Below are positions 26,201-40,264 of a stretch of DNA of 64,000 nucleotides, in pieces. Numbering within the stretch: position 1 is the first letter of the stretch; the number at the start of each line of letters is the position of its first letter. This DNA is from Convolutriloba macropyga (Eukaryota): assembly GCF_964194025.1 (NCBI RefSeq), contig NC_134478.1:43276001-43340000 (forward strand), given 5' to 3'. Position numbers and translations under genes: made by a program. The notes beneath the pieces are model-generated. The model had not been told where the DNA came from. It was given only the letters and a program-made list of their open reading frames with translations, and ran no database searches.

Positions 26201-27410
26201 CAAGTAAAACTTGCGCTCTCCATGATTCAAATGTGCTAGTTTTTGTCTCCAAATGGTGTATCAGCACCGTTTTTACTACCCTAAGTAATGCACTGGGAAT
26301 ACATTTTCGTTTTTGACGAAAACTGTCGCCAGAAAACAATTCTTGAGGTTATTAATTGTTGTGTCGCCACCAAATTTCAATTTTTGTTCAGACTTACGAA
26401 GCCGGATGCTGATTCTTCTTGTCAAAACAAAATACATGGGCGATTAGATAATAGGCAAAACTAGCGCGAAAACAATCTTTTCTAGCCATTCGACTAAAGC
26501 TTTGAGGAAATTAGGCGTATAACAATTGAAAGACTTGAAGGAAGTACTTCAAAATCTACATACAAGTTTGTAGAGATAACATGAGTTGTTAAGGAACATG
26601 TAAGTTTGTAAAATAATGGATTTTGAAAAAATTAACAGGGAAAGAACCGCGAACGTTCTCTCGGTTTTAATGCAAAGAGCAATGTAATGTATGAAAATGT
26701 TTTACATGTTAAAATTAATTAAAATGAAGCAACGGATAGTTAATTTTTTTTTCAAAACATTGAATGTTGTTAACAAGAATGCGGATTATAACAATTCGTG
26801 TGAATCTTTTGTCGTCACCCAAATTCAATTGTCATTCAAATATATGTTCAAATGAGTTTTTGTTTTGCCCAGTCAAATTTGGAAAACCTATATGCAATAC
26901 GGTCTGAGTGATATCAGCTGACAGATTGTTGGTCAATCAAGTGAGTTTTTTTTGCTTGGTATCCGTCCTTTTTTATCTATTCAACACGAAGGAACAATAT
27001 TCCTTCTATTCTTAGACGTTTTTGAACAGTGCTCAAATCAACAGTGTTTGCGAACTCTCTTCCATTTAAAGCTCACTTTGGTGAATTTGTAGTCATTTTT
27101 CCTGTTCTGCTAATTAGAAATTTTTCGCCTGAATTTAATTTTTCATGCAAATCTTTGACACTTGACTGGTCGATTGGTCAAACTCTGTTCAACGATTGAT
27201 TAAATTCTCCTCAAGTTAGTGCCCTGCTAGAAATCATGATTGAATGCTGGCCCTGGTTTGTGCAATCTCTTGTGAGATTATAGAAAACGCTAAGCATCTT
27301 TTTGGTCTGAGCAATAACGTTATTTCTTTCCAACAGTTAAGGTATCAATAGATACGAGATGGTATGATATATTGATTAACATTCAAGGTTTTTGTAAATT
27401 AATATTAGCT
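23281..27410 (+). repeat. Tandem duplication, 2 x ~2063 bp, near-identical
   Basis: tgaactgcaaaaacgg at 23281 and 25344; identical ORFs at 23947 and 26010; few SNPs/indels. Confidence 0.97.
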
Positions 27411-27544
27411 TTTTCCGTAAATTGCCCGTTGTTTGTTAGTCATAAAGAATTGAAAATGTTTTAACAGAGTTTTTCATTTTCTGAAATTTTCAGTTTTAGT
27501 CTCTTTTTTATAATCAGCGTAATGTGGTATTTGATATTAGGAAA

Positions 27545-27850
27545 GCCTTGCACGGAAACAATCTTTTTTAGCTATTCCATTAAAGCATGGTGGAAATTAA
27601 GCGTATACCAATTAAAACACTTAGAGGAAACACTTCAAAATCTACACGTAAGTATGGGAACTTACACATGGGAACATGATTTGTTAATGAGCCTGTAAGC
27701 TTGTAAAATTATGGATTTTGAAAAAATTTGGGAAAGAACCGCGAACGTTCTGTCGGTTTTAATGCGAAGGGCAATGTAAAGTTTGAAGTTGTTTATTATG
27801 GTAAAGTTAATTAAAATGATGCAATGGATAGTCAATTTGTTTTCTAAAAC
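27545..27850 (+). repeat. Older diverged copy of part of the 2.06-kb unit (~24395-24690)
   Basis: Shared gggaaagaaccgcgaacgttct..cggttttaatgc and flanks. Confidence 0.8.
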
Positions 27851-27855
27851 TTTGA

Positions 27856-30670
27856 TTTTTGGTCCGACCCACTGGTGGGGGCAGGAACTATGTACTCAAG
27901 CGGTTTTTTTTGTGCAGTCAATTTTGGCCGATCGATGTATTCATCATAGAGAGTTGCGAGTGGTATCATAAGAAAGTCCGCCGATCATAGAATATGGAAT
28001 TAAAGAGGCTTTTTGATTTTCGTTTTCACAGGGAGTCATCGAGGTATAAGTTTTTGTCAATAGTAGACGGACTTCTGTTGTTTTTACTCAAATTTTCTGT
28101 ATTTTTGAACAAATTTTAGTCTTTTTTTGCTAATATTTGTTAAAATTGTAAAAAATGTCATTGGTTTTACTTTTAAGGATAGGCTGGCTGATTGGTTTTA
28201 TCCGAGTCTTTTGGTTAACATGTTTGTATTTGAGACTTAAAATGGCTCATGATACGCTTTTTATTTCCAATTTTTTAACTCAACAATTGTACAAAATTCA
28301 TCCTTTAGTTTTGTTTTATTAATATACTTCATTTGCTTATTGATCTATTTTGCAAACATATGGGAAAATAAGTTGTTTTTGTGGATTGTACAGTAACACT
28401 AGGCTAGGTTTGGACTCATCTTTGATTCCTACAATCAATAATCATTCGGATTATATTGAGGCGCGATCTTTTTCAAATTATTTTTGTTTTTTGTTGATTA
28501 CTAACGGGAATAATTTGAAATAAATGCCCAATTGATGATACATCCTAATTTCAACAAAATGAGGTCAAATGATAAAATTCATACTGATTTTTCAGAGAAG
28601 AGCTGATAGGTTTTTAGGTTTTGACATTGTATTTTCGTAAACATTAATTGTTCTTTTGTTTTTCCTTCATTCTTTTTACAGCCTCGTGACCTCGTTTTAT
28701 TAAGCAGAGATGCAATTGGATTCCTAAGGAGCCATAGGTGAACCTAAACAATCATTTCAGTTGTAATCTACTGACTCTTATGACTTTGAATATATTTGTT
28801 TTAACAAAATGTCAGGCAAGTTTTGAAGTTTGCCAAGTTTTATCTTAGTTCTGTCCACATCTAGCATAGTTTCAATAGAAACAGGGCAAAACCTATTCCA
28901 ATTGAAATAAAAGAAATGCTTTTTAATATGGTTTTTTTGTAATAATGGTTTTGGCTTTCCTATTACGAAACTTCTTAAAAGTTTTGTGATCTTTGCATTA
29001 TTGCCTATATTTGAGGTTGTTATTTGTTCCATCTTCAATTTTTGGCATTCAAGACCCTCCAGTTGACATTGAAGGAATGCCTCTAAAGAACATTTTTAAA
29101 GATTTCAGCGAATAACCTTTAGTTTTAACGGCTGCGAAACCGTTCCCTTGCAACATTTTTCCCCCTAATTGTTGGTGTCAACGGCATATTCTTGACAATC
29201 GAAGGCCTTAATTGCATGTACGAATGTTTAAATGAATCTATTTACTGGTTTCAGTTTATAGCTAACGGTTTTTTTTACTTTCTGACAATTGCAAAGAAAT
29301 TTTATTTGTCCCCTTTGCCAGATTTTGCTCTCTTTGTCAACTATTAACTTAGCCTCATTATTGAAAGCTTTCTGTTGATCCCAACAATGTTAATATTTTT
29401 GCTGTTTATGTATTGACTGACGTCTCGAATTGTGAATTTTGCTTCAATAAGAATTACGTGAGTGTTCGATAGTGGTCAATATTTTCGTACTTTTGTCAGT
29501 TTTAAAGGACACTTTACAATAATGACCCAATTAAAATCAAAGGAGACCCAAACAAAAAAACAAAACCAATTTTATTTTAAAATTTTCAATTGTTGTCATT
29601 CAGTTTTAAGATTAGGATATACGCTGTAATTTTAATAAGTTGTTTGTAATTTTGAGTTTATCCGTATTTGTTGTTTTTTTTGTCTTATGCTTCAGTATCA
29701 CTGATAACGAGCACTTCTGTTTTTGTTGTAAGTTGAAAGCCCATGGTTTGTTTGAACTGTTGTAAATTATTTTAAAAAATCGGTGATTTTTTGAGCTTTG
29801 TCACTTTTATCTGTTAATCTCATTATCTAATATGTTTTATCTAATATCACCTTTGCTAATGAATTGGCCTTGTTGGTTTATATTATAATTTAATGTATAC
29901 TAGTGAATTGTATATTTGTTGTAAAATGTAGGAACCAACTAAATAAATTATACTATTTTTTTCTATCTGTCAGTTTTGTAGCTTGGACTCTGTAAAGACA
30001 GGAACTCTCTTCCTCTAGTGAAGCAAATTTTATTGGCATTTCCATAAGAAAATTTTGATTTTTGCATTTGTGCCCATTTCTAATATTTCGTCTCTTTTTA
30101 TTCCCTGCCACATTATCGCTATAAATGGGTGGCCCAATTGGCGTTCAAAAATTCTCAATTGAAAGTATTTAATGTTTTCCACGACTAGCCTATAGTTTTA
30201 GCGGTTGCGATGTCACTTGAAATCACTCATTGATAGTTTAGATATTCGGTTTATGATTATGAAATTCAAGGAAATGTTATTTATCTTTCTTATAAACAAC
30301 CAGTGTCTGGTTCAGGTTTCAGCAGCGAAACATTGAATTTCGATTTTTATAGAGGTTCTAAAATTCAAGCTTAGTTTAACATAAATGATATCAACGACAG
30401 TGATTTTTTTTTATATTTATGATGTTTCCAAAGTTTCAATAATCGGCTCGTTTTAGAAACTATATAACCACTATGGTGTGGGTTGGAGAGAGGGAGGGAT
30501 GAAGGTCTCATCGGCCCGATTATCCAGCATTAGTTTTCAAAGTAGTTCTTTGTATAACGATATGTGAAGTTAAACTTTTCTATCTCTTCATTTGGTGGAC
30601 ATCTAATTCAAAACGTGGATGAGCGGGGTCGGAACATTATGTGCGAACGCACATTGCCGCGCCTCCTTGT
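27856..30670 (+). mobile_element. Non-autonomous Helentron/Helitron2-like element (family B), ~2.8 kb
   Basis: 5' tttttggtccgaccc plus hairpin cccactggtggg; 3' subterminal IR gggtcggaaca (30626-30636), perfect hairpin atgtgcg-aa-cgcacat (30639-30654), end cttgt. Confidence 0.7.
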
Positions 30671-33600
30671 TGTTTTAACAGATGAATCACCAACTGTAAA
30701 ATAATCATGTTGGCCATTCTATAAATTATTTGGATTTATGCGTTCGTATGAAAAATTCAGGCATCTGTAATTTTTACTGTTAGAATGATTTTTTTTCTGT
30801 TGGTTGTCCGAACTCTCAAAATATGTGATGAAACAGCAGATGACCGAGTCGTTTTGCTTGTGTGAATGGGACACAAAAGTGACCTTATTAGTTCAGCTTT
30901 GTAACAAAAACAGTGGTTGTTTGTTTGATTTATTGCCTTGGAACACAATTTGTGGCTATTACAGGGCCAAGTTGTTTTTTCTTTTCATAAACTTTCTGTT
31001 TTCGAAACAGAATTTTGAAAGCTTTTGTCAGGTGTTTTTATCAGTTCGACTTTGGTTTAAAATAAGATATTCTTAGTACTTTTGTTGGACTTATTTTAGC
31101 TGAATTCTGTCAAATAGCTTTCTATCATTTTTGAATCCAACCATTCTCTCTGACGTTAATTAAGGTCAAAGTTGGTATTTTCGAAAGAGAATTTTGAAAG
31201 CTTTTGTCAGGGGTGTTTTTATCAGTTCGACTTTGGTTTAAAATAAGATATTCTGAGTACCTTTTTTGGACTTATTTTAGCTGAATTCTGTCAAATAGCT
31301 TTCTATTATTTTCGAATCCAACCATCCTCTCTGACTTAAGTTAAGGTCAAAATGGGTAAATTAAGGAAAGACTGTTCATACAACGAAATTGATTATAGGC
31401 AAAACTGAATTGATTTTTTTATGATTTCTTGTTTTCAATTTTGTTTGAATATAAACTGCAGCACATAAAGATTACGATGTTTGTGTTTTTGAAGTGAATT
31501 GTTTCTGTTGACAAGAAATAAATGCATGTTAACGTTGAAGGTTGATGATTTCAAAATAGGTTTGCTGTCATTTTTTGTTCACATAAGAGTCTCTCTCGCT
31601 TGAATGCTAAATTTAGGAGCAATTCATTGGTAGAGAGGAAGGTATTTTTTGATTTTTGATTGTTTCCTGTATTATTTTTGAAAATGACAGACCAAATATC
31701 AGTATTTTAAGAATGTCAATGAGACATCACCTTGATCTTCCATCATTGCATCACTCATTGATAGTTTAGATATTCGGTTTATGATTATGAAATTCAAGGA
31801 AATGTTATTTATCTTTCTTATAAACAACCAGTGTCTGGTTCAGGTTTCAGCATTGAAACATTGAATTTCGATTTTTATTATAGAGGTTCTAAAATTCAAG
31901 CTTAGTTTAACATAAATGATATCAACGACAGTGATTTTTTTGATATTTATGATGTTTCCAAAGTTTCAGTAATCGGCTCGTTTTAGAAACTATATAACCA
32001 CTATGGTGTGGGTTGGAGAGAGGGAGGGATGAAGGTCTCATCGGCCCGATTATCCAGCATTAGTTTTCAAAGTAGTTGTTTGTAAAACGATATGTGAAGT
32101 TAAACTTTTCTATCTCTTCATTTGGTAGACAATTAATTCAAAACGTGGATGAGCGGGGTCGGAACATTATGTGCGAACGCACATTGCCGCGCCTCCTTGT
32201 TGTTTTAACAGATGAATCACCAACGGTAAAATAATCATGTTGGCCATTCTATAAATTATTTGGATTTATGCGTTCGTATGAAAAATTCAGGCATCTGTAA
32301 TTTTTACTGTTAGAATGATTTTTTTCTGTTGGTTGTCCGAACTCTCAAAATATGTGATGAAACAGCAGATGACCGAGTCGTTTTGCTTGTGTGAATGGGA
32401 CACAAAAGTGACCTTATTAGTTCAGCTTTGTAACAAAAACAGTGGTTGTTTGTTTGATTTATTGCCTTGGAACACAATTTGTGGCTATTACAGGGCCAAG
32501 TTGTTTTTTCTTTTCATAAACTTTCTGTTTTCGAAACAGAATTTTGAAAGCTTTTGTCAGGTGTTTTTATCAGTTCGACTTTGGTTTAAAATAAGATATT
32601 CTTAGTACTTTTGTTGGACTTATTTTAGCTGAATTCTGTCAAATAGCTTTCTATCATTTTTGAATCCAACCATCCTCTCTGACTTAAGTTAAGGTCAAAA
32701 TGGGTAAATTAAGGAAAGACTGTTCATACAACGAAATTGATTATAGGCAAAACTGAATTGATTTTTTTATGATTTCTTGTTTTCAATTTTGTTTGAATAT
32801 AAACTGCAGCACATAAAGATTACGATGTTTGTGTTTTTGAAGTGAATTGTTTCTGTTGACAAGAAATAAATGCATGTTAACGTTGAAGGTTGATGATTTC
32901 AAAATAGGTTTGCTGTCATTTTTTGTTCACATAAGAGTCTCTCTCGCTTGAATGCTAAATTTGGGAGCAATTCATTGGTAGAGAGGAAGGTATTTTTTGA
33001 TTTTTGATTGTTTCCTGTATTATTTTTGAAAATGACAGACCAAATATCAGTATTTTAAGAATGTCAATGAGACATCACCTTGATCTTCCATCATTGCATC
33101 ACTCATTGATAGTTTAGATATTCGGTTTATGATTATGAAATTCAAGGAAATGTTATTTATCTTTCTTATAAACAACCAGTGTCTGGTTCAGGTTTCAGCA
33201 TTGAAACATTGAATTTCGATTTTTATTATAGAGGTTCTAAAATTCAAGCTTAGTTTAACATAAATGATATCAACGACAGTGATTTTTTTGATATTTATGA
33301 TGTTTCCAAAGTTTCAGTAATCGGCTCGTTTTAGAAACTATATAACCACTATGGTGTGGGTTGGAGAGAGGGAGGGATGAAGGTCTCATCGGCCCGATTA
33401 TCCAGCATTAGTTTTCAAAGTAGTTGTTTGTAAAACGATATGTGAAGTTAAACTTTTCTATCTCTTCATTTGGTAGACAATTAATTCAAAACGTGGATGA
33501 GCGGGGTCGGAACATTATGTGCGAACGCACATTGCCGCGCCTCCTTGTTGTTTTAACAGATGAATCACCAACGGTAAAATAATCATGTTGGCCATTCTAT

Positions 33601-34272
33601 AAATTATTTGGATTTATGCGTTCGTATGAAAAATTCAGGCATCTGTAATTTTTACTGTTAGAATGATTTTTTTCTGTTGGTTGTCCGAACTCTCAAAATA
33701 TGTGATGAAACAGCAGATGACCGAGTCGTTTTGCTTGTGTGAATGGGACACAAAAGTGACCTTATTAGTTCAGCTTTGTAACAAAAACAGTGGTTGTTTG
33801 TTTGATTTATTGCCTTGGAACACAATTTGTGGCTATTACAGGGCCAAGTTGTTTTTTCTTTTCATAAACTTTCTGTTTTCGAAACAGAATTTTGAAAGCT
33901 TTTGTCAGGTGTTTTTATCAGTTCGACTTTGGTTTAAAATAAGATATTCTTAGTACTTTTGTTGGACTTATTTTAGCTGAATTCTGTCAAATAGCTTTCT
34001 ATCATTTTTGAATCCAACCATCCTCTCTGACTTAAGTTAAGGTCAAAATGGGTAAATTAAGGAAAGACTGTTCATACAACGAAATTGATTATAGGCAAAA
34101 CTGAATTGATTTTTTTATGATTTCTTGTTTTCAATTTTGTTTGAATATAAACTGCAGCCCATAAAGATTACGATGTTTGTGTTTTTGAAGTGAATTGTTT
34201 CTGTTGACAAGAAATAAATGCACGTTAACGTTGAAGGTTGATGATTTCAAAATAGGTTTGCTGTCATTTTTT
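30222..34272 (+). repeat. Tandem triplication, unit 1348 bp (first unit has an extra ~180-bp internal duplication)
   Basis: atcactcattgatag at 30222, 31750, 33098; identical ORFs at 32315 and 33663; internal duplicate at ~31001 and ~31180. Confidence 0.97.
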
Positions 34273-35082
34273 GACAAGTACTGATTGGTTGCAAGTGAGG
34301 AAAGCCAAAAATAGGACCAGTTGTTGGCTTTGAAGGTTACTCTTAGTCGTTAAGGTAGAATTTTAAAGTAATTTAGAGGTTTTCTGTGGTTGATCGGCCA
34401 ATTTCACGTTTCCATGTATCAGTTATGGCTCCACTCACAGAACACGATGGACATATACAACGAACCATTTACATTTTTGGTTGATTGACTTTGAAAAGTC
34501 AATTGAATTGTCATCACTAGATAGAATATGGACGTGCTCGAGTAAAATTGGCACCCAATGAAAAAAAAAAATTCACGCTAATGTGTTAATTCATTTGCGC
34601 ATTGCTGTCTTTGATTTGAGCCATAAATTAAGCTCAAATGTCAGACCTAAGATGGTTTAACATTGACAATAGTAGTGCACAGTAATCGTGATCCGAAAGT
34701 TTTTGCGATTTGATTTATTTTTAATAATCGTTGTGGCCTCTTTAGAAAGAGAAAACAAATTACGAAAAGAGCTCTTGAGAATTGATTAGAATTACAAATT
34801 GTCCACCTACTGTGTGGGGGCTAATTGGGGCGGCCTTGTTTAAACTGACATTCATGATGAGTTTGGCCATTTGCTTGTGCTTAATGGAGCATAATGAATA
34901 GGTCTCTTTTAGTTTATTGTTTTCGAACTCAAGTAATGCTAATACTCTTTTCAATCTAATCATAAAAGTTGCGGTGTTGGTTAGCTCATAGGTATTGTAA
35001 TTTGATAAAAAGATGTTCTCGTGAGATAATTTTGATACAAAACATCAAAGGAACCCAAGTGCCCGTGTTTTCTGTGAAATCT

Positions 35083-35536
35083 TGTTCACATAAGAATCTC
35101 TCTCGCTTGAATGCTAAATTCGGAAGCAATTCATTGGTAGAGAGGAGGGTATTTTGATTTTTGATTGTTTCCTGTATTATTTTTGAAAATGACAGACCAA
35201 ATATCATTATTTTAAGAATGTCATCGAGACATCACCTTGATCTTCCATCATTGCATCAGTCATTGATAATTTAGATATTCGGTCTATGATTATCAAATTC
35301 AAGGAAATGTTATTTATCTTTCTTATAAACAAACAGTGTCTGGTTCAGGTTTCAGCAGCGAAACATTGAATTTCAATTTTTATTATAGAGGTTCTAAAAT
35401 TTAAGCTTAGTTTAACATAAATGATATCAACGACAGTGATTTTTTTTATATTTATGATGTTTCCAAAGTTTCAATAAATGGCTCGTTGTGGAAACTATAG
35501 AACCACTATGGTGTGGGTTGGAGAGGGGAGGGATGT
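35083..35536 (+). repeat. Slightly diverged copy of the sequence spanning the triplication junction (~31575-32030)
   Basis: ttgttcacataaga..tctctcgcttgaatgc through ggtgtgggttggagag. Confidence 0.9.
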
Positions 35537-38500
35537 TATTGCTATGTCAATTTATTGTTATAATAATTCGATAAAATCTATTTTTGTTGGCATAAAAATT
35601 TGATTGCAAAAATGTGGACAGAGATTTTCTCCTAAAATTAAATTAATCTGGCTTTGCTTGCCCAATTATCTGATGTGTTTTAATTTAGACTGAAAAATGG
35701 TGGGAAATTGAAAAGGAAAGCAATAAAAATGGGGACTTTGAGAAACTCTGAAGTCCCGAATTTAAGTAAAAATGTATCAATTCCTGCAAGTCTTCCGCTT
35801 TAACCAAGATGGTGGCATAAGTGGCGACCAAAGTTTGCGTGTTCAGTTGGTCTGTTGAAGACAACAGTTATTGTTACCCAATTTCAAAGAAATGGTAGAA
35901 TATATGGTCGAGACTGATTTTGCTGCCCTACATCAAATCGGAAGAACGCACGCTTTCTTTCATTGCTTTTTTGGAGCACATTTGAAGCTGGCTGCTATGG
36001 TTGGAGTAAAAATGATGGTGATAGATCGTTGTTAAATGTCTTGTTGCAAAACTTTTTTGTAAGGTTCCTTTCAAGTACTAAAAAGAAATTGCTCAAAATT
36101 GCTTTGAGTCACATAATTTTGAGAGCATCAATTATACCGTAATAGGTTACCTTCACCCGGGAAGTCAAGTGCACGAGAATGATGGTTTTCAATTTTTGAA
36201 GAGTATTGACGTTGTTCTCACTTTTATCAACAATTTTTTTTTCTGTTTCGACTTTCATTTTAACAGGTGAGATAGCTGAGTAAACTTCTATCGATTTTTT
36301 TTCGCTACGAGCTGTGGCGTCGTGCTCTCTTCAAATTTATTTTTTCCATGCACATGTGACATTTTCCACCAAATCTGTTGGATTTTTTTTTCGAATAAAA
36401 TATTTTCGTTCTCACGTGACTTTCTTCACTCTCAAAATGATTTCCTTTCTCTCAAGTTCATGTTTGCTTAATTAAAGTGGAAGAGTCAGGGTTAATTGAG
36501 GACTTGTCAAACTAGTTGTACGTAATTTACTGAACAGCTTTATATAAGTCTAAACCAATTGAAGAGTGCAGTATCTGGAGAACCTTTTTTTTTCGTTTTT
36601 TTTTAGTTTTGAATCTTTTGAAAAAATTTATTCTTTTTGGATTTTAAAAGTTTTCGGATAATTTAAACCATATACACTAAAGAAGTTTATAAATACGAAG
36701 AACGTTTGTTAGCTTTTAGTACGAAGACAAGGCTGCAATATTGGCTGATCTTTGTGCAATTTTGGTTTTTTGGATTTTCTGACCTTGGTGGACCATCTTT
36801 GTTTTCCGCTCTCATCATAAATTGAATTATCATTGCTAGCTATAAATTTTTTTGTTTCATTTTTTCTCTGACGATTTGGATTCTGACAGTAATAATGGAG
36901 CCTAGTATAGCTGTTCTGTGTAATTAATTATCTGTTAACTACAAGCTTGGTTTGCATCTCGCGTAAACCTTTATTTCAGACAAAATTTTAACCTTGCTTT
37001 GCATAAAGTTTCCTTTAGCTTTCAGCTTACTTATAATGTTTGTATTTTGTGTACTCCTTTTAACTGACAGTATATCAATGGAGTGTTGCTTTGGAAAAAC
37101 CGGCAGTGAGTTTCACTTGTCAAGCGATGCCAGATGCTGGAAATTGAAATAAGTCACCTCCCTCTTAGCACTTTCTTAAACTCACATACACGCAGTCAAT
37201 AACATCCCCCTCCCCTCACGCAGAGCTAGCTATTCTTGTACTATCAACATATGTCACTAGATTGTTAGTTTACTGAGCTCTTTTTTTCAATCCCAGTTTG
37301 TAGCATGTTAAGATGGATTTACTAATTGTAATGTATGCATGTGGTGTGCTTAATAAAGTTTGCTTTGTATTGATTTTCTGCCAGTGTACTTTATAATACT
37401 TTTAACATGATTCTCAATGAAAAATTATTTCATAAAGTGATAAACTGAATGATTTTCTTCTCAGTTTTAAATGATTTTCATATCATCTGTTGAGTTTTTA
37501 TTGTTTTTCCATATGCTTTGTACTAATAGAATTTATTTTTTTATTCGGTCAAGATGCTGTGAAGTATCATAAGTGATTTGCTATACGCTTCCCCGTTTTT
37601 AATAAAGATGTAATTTTAAAAGCAGTAGTTCTAATAAATGATAAATTGCAAGCAGGAACTGATTTTAGAGGTCATTCACCCGAGCTACTCAGCGGGAATA
37701 AATTTGTTAAAATTATGATTCGAGAAAGGCAAGTTATTACAAATTAATGTATGAGTGTGCCTTAATGCGGGCACGTACTTTCACAAGTCAATTAAGTTCA
37801 CAAAAATGAAAATTGCAACACAATGGAAATTTTTCCACCGTATTGAATTTTTGTTCATAACAATGGAATGATTTCACGTCAAGTAGGCTGTTTGCTCATG
37901 GATGCTTTTGTGACGTACGAGTTGAGTGTCTTTTTGGGCCAATTTAGCTGCCAATTAGACTGTCAATTACCACTTTTGCCATCTTACAAGGGCCAATTTG
38001 AGGCAGCTCCTGAACAATAGATAAAGTGCTATTAAGAAGCTCGAACGGGACAGGAATTCGCAACAAAAATTCGCTTCGTGATTTTGTACTATGGCTCTGT
38101 TCTTGTGGATAAATCTTTTCCATCAGTGAAACATGACTGAACTGTGAAGACGATTTTACCCTAATTGCCCGCTTTTAGGTAGCGTACAATACTTAGTCTG
38201 ATTACAACTCTTGTTGATAAGTTTCAGACATTTTAGTCCTTTTAAATGTGGGCCATCAGCTGGGTTTGAATCAATAAGAAACTTAATGTTTTGGCGACAC
38301 ATTAGAGACCTACTTCAGTCAATTATAATAACTAGAGCAGTGTGGTGCTCATGTTTAGTCATCGTTTTTGGATTGTTCAACTTGTCCTTTCGTTCAGCAC
38401 TCCTTCTTAAGGCTGAGCAGAACACCCAGAAAAACATCTGTCAGTTTTGGTTATTTCATTTTATAGTTAAATCTCAGTCAGCTTTGGTTAATGTTTTAGA

Positions 38501-39058
38501 CCTTAATATTCATTTTCATGCAATGGCTACAATATCAAAGTTTTTCAAATGATACTAGGAAAAAGTTGTTATATTATCATGGTGAGAAGTTAAATGAATG
38601 AGTTTAAGTGAACGTAACAATGTCAGCTCCTGGTTAATTATAAGCTTGCTCAAGAAGGGTAGCATGTCCGTGGCACTGAATGTTTCTGAAAAACATTCAC
38701 CTAGTAATCTGAACATGCCCTTAGATTCGCAAAACCGAGACGCAAAAGAAAATTCCTGTTTTTGCTTAGATATAAAGAAAAAGAAAGAATAGATAAAAAA
38801 GGTAAGCAGGTTTGCTAAATGATTTCAGTTTTACAGTGCAAATGGAAATAGTTTTATTAAAACAATAGAACTGGAAAGAACTTTGAAGCTCGCATCAATG
38901 CATTTAAATTTGCACGATGAATAAAGCAATCTTTTGCTGTACTTTTGTTTAACCCGCAAAATTTACGTCTGCAATGTGAGATTTATTGAAATGCCCCTGA
39001 AGTAGATTAATGGCCATTATGGTTTATGAACGCTGTTGAGAGAAATTGAGGTATGAAA

Positions 39059-39130
39059 AAATATTACTCAAAATTTGAAAAATATTGAGTAATATTTGAA
39101 AAATCCGTACTCAAAATTTGAAAAATATTT
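39059..39130. repeat. Small inverted plus direct repeat
   Basis: 13-bp stem aaatattactcaa/ttgagtaatattt; tactcaaaatttgaaaaatatt present twice. Confidence 0.7.
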
Positions 39131-40264
39131 GTTTTTGCGAGCTATGTTATTAGGGAGACAATTGTTAGTCTTCAATAAAGCACTAAATTATATTTTTAAA
39201 TAGATATTGATGCATATCCTTTAAGTATTTAAATTCATATTCGCCTAATTGCTACAAAGTTTTAGATTTTTTGGCTGATGACATCTCCAATAATTGTTTT
39301 TGGCAAATCGAGTTTACACCTCAAGGTCAAAATATCCTACGTCCTTCGAAGAGTTTGAATTGGGGAGCCCGTTTTTACGGTCTTCATAAACTTTGATGAT
39401 TTCTGAAGTCTTATTTGACTTTTTGTTTTGATCACTTTGAAACAGAGTTTGAAGAGATTGTGAATTGCTTTGCCACTGTAATTTTTAGCTCAAATGATAG
39501 AGTTAGCGGAAATTTTTTTTTCGATAGTATACTTTTATTTAGGTGCGCATTTTGATTGCGCTTTCATTGTTTTTTTAAATTTTTTGTTCATATTTTCTCA
39601 AAGTGGTATTTGTTTTGTGGTTTTATTTTTTGGTTAATGAAGTGCTGCGCATAGTAGTTGAAGACTTGTGTGGCTATTTTTGTTTTACTTTTTTTTCTTT
39701 TGCAAGGAAAATTTCAGTAGTCTGTGAAAACCACGCAGGATGTATTGCTGATGTTCTGATTAATTCTTTTGGTAAGAAGTGTTTCCTGCTATTTGTTTCC
39801 AAAACATTTTTTGATTTTAAGGAGTTGTTTGACTACTGATCTGTTTTTAAATTTGAAATAGAGTTGCTTGCATCTTTTGCTTTTGAACACTTTGTTTCTA
39901 AATGATTTAGGATAAAATTTGTCATTTTTATTCTTTTTGCTATTAGAAACGTTTGTGGCACCTTCTTTGTTATAAACCTCGAATCATGTTTAATTGCATG
40001 ATGTAATGAGATCAAGTTTTTTTAACCCGTAGCATTGATCTTGGTTAAGAATGTGTTTTTTGTTTCAATTATTTCCGTTAGTGGATATTTTGGCGGAAAG
40101 TGAATTTTTCTTGGCGAAGGCGACTCTTCGAGTTATTTCCGGAATACCTCAAGGTATTCTGTTAATTTGATTTTTAGGCTAAAACTGATTCCTTGATATT
40201 CCACTCAGTAAATGAATGTGCGCGCGTTACCTCTTTTGTTAATTCTTTTCGCGTGCATTTTTAT

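Noticed and set aside
23947-33953. Repeated identical ORFs (65 aa x2; 90-96 aa x3) as a gene family
   Set aside because: Identity is due to recent DNA duplication; one copy is frameshifted; no protein features
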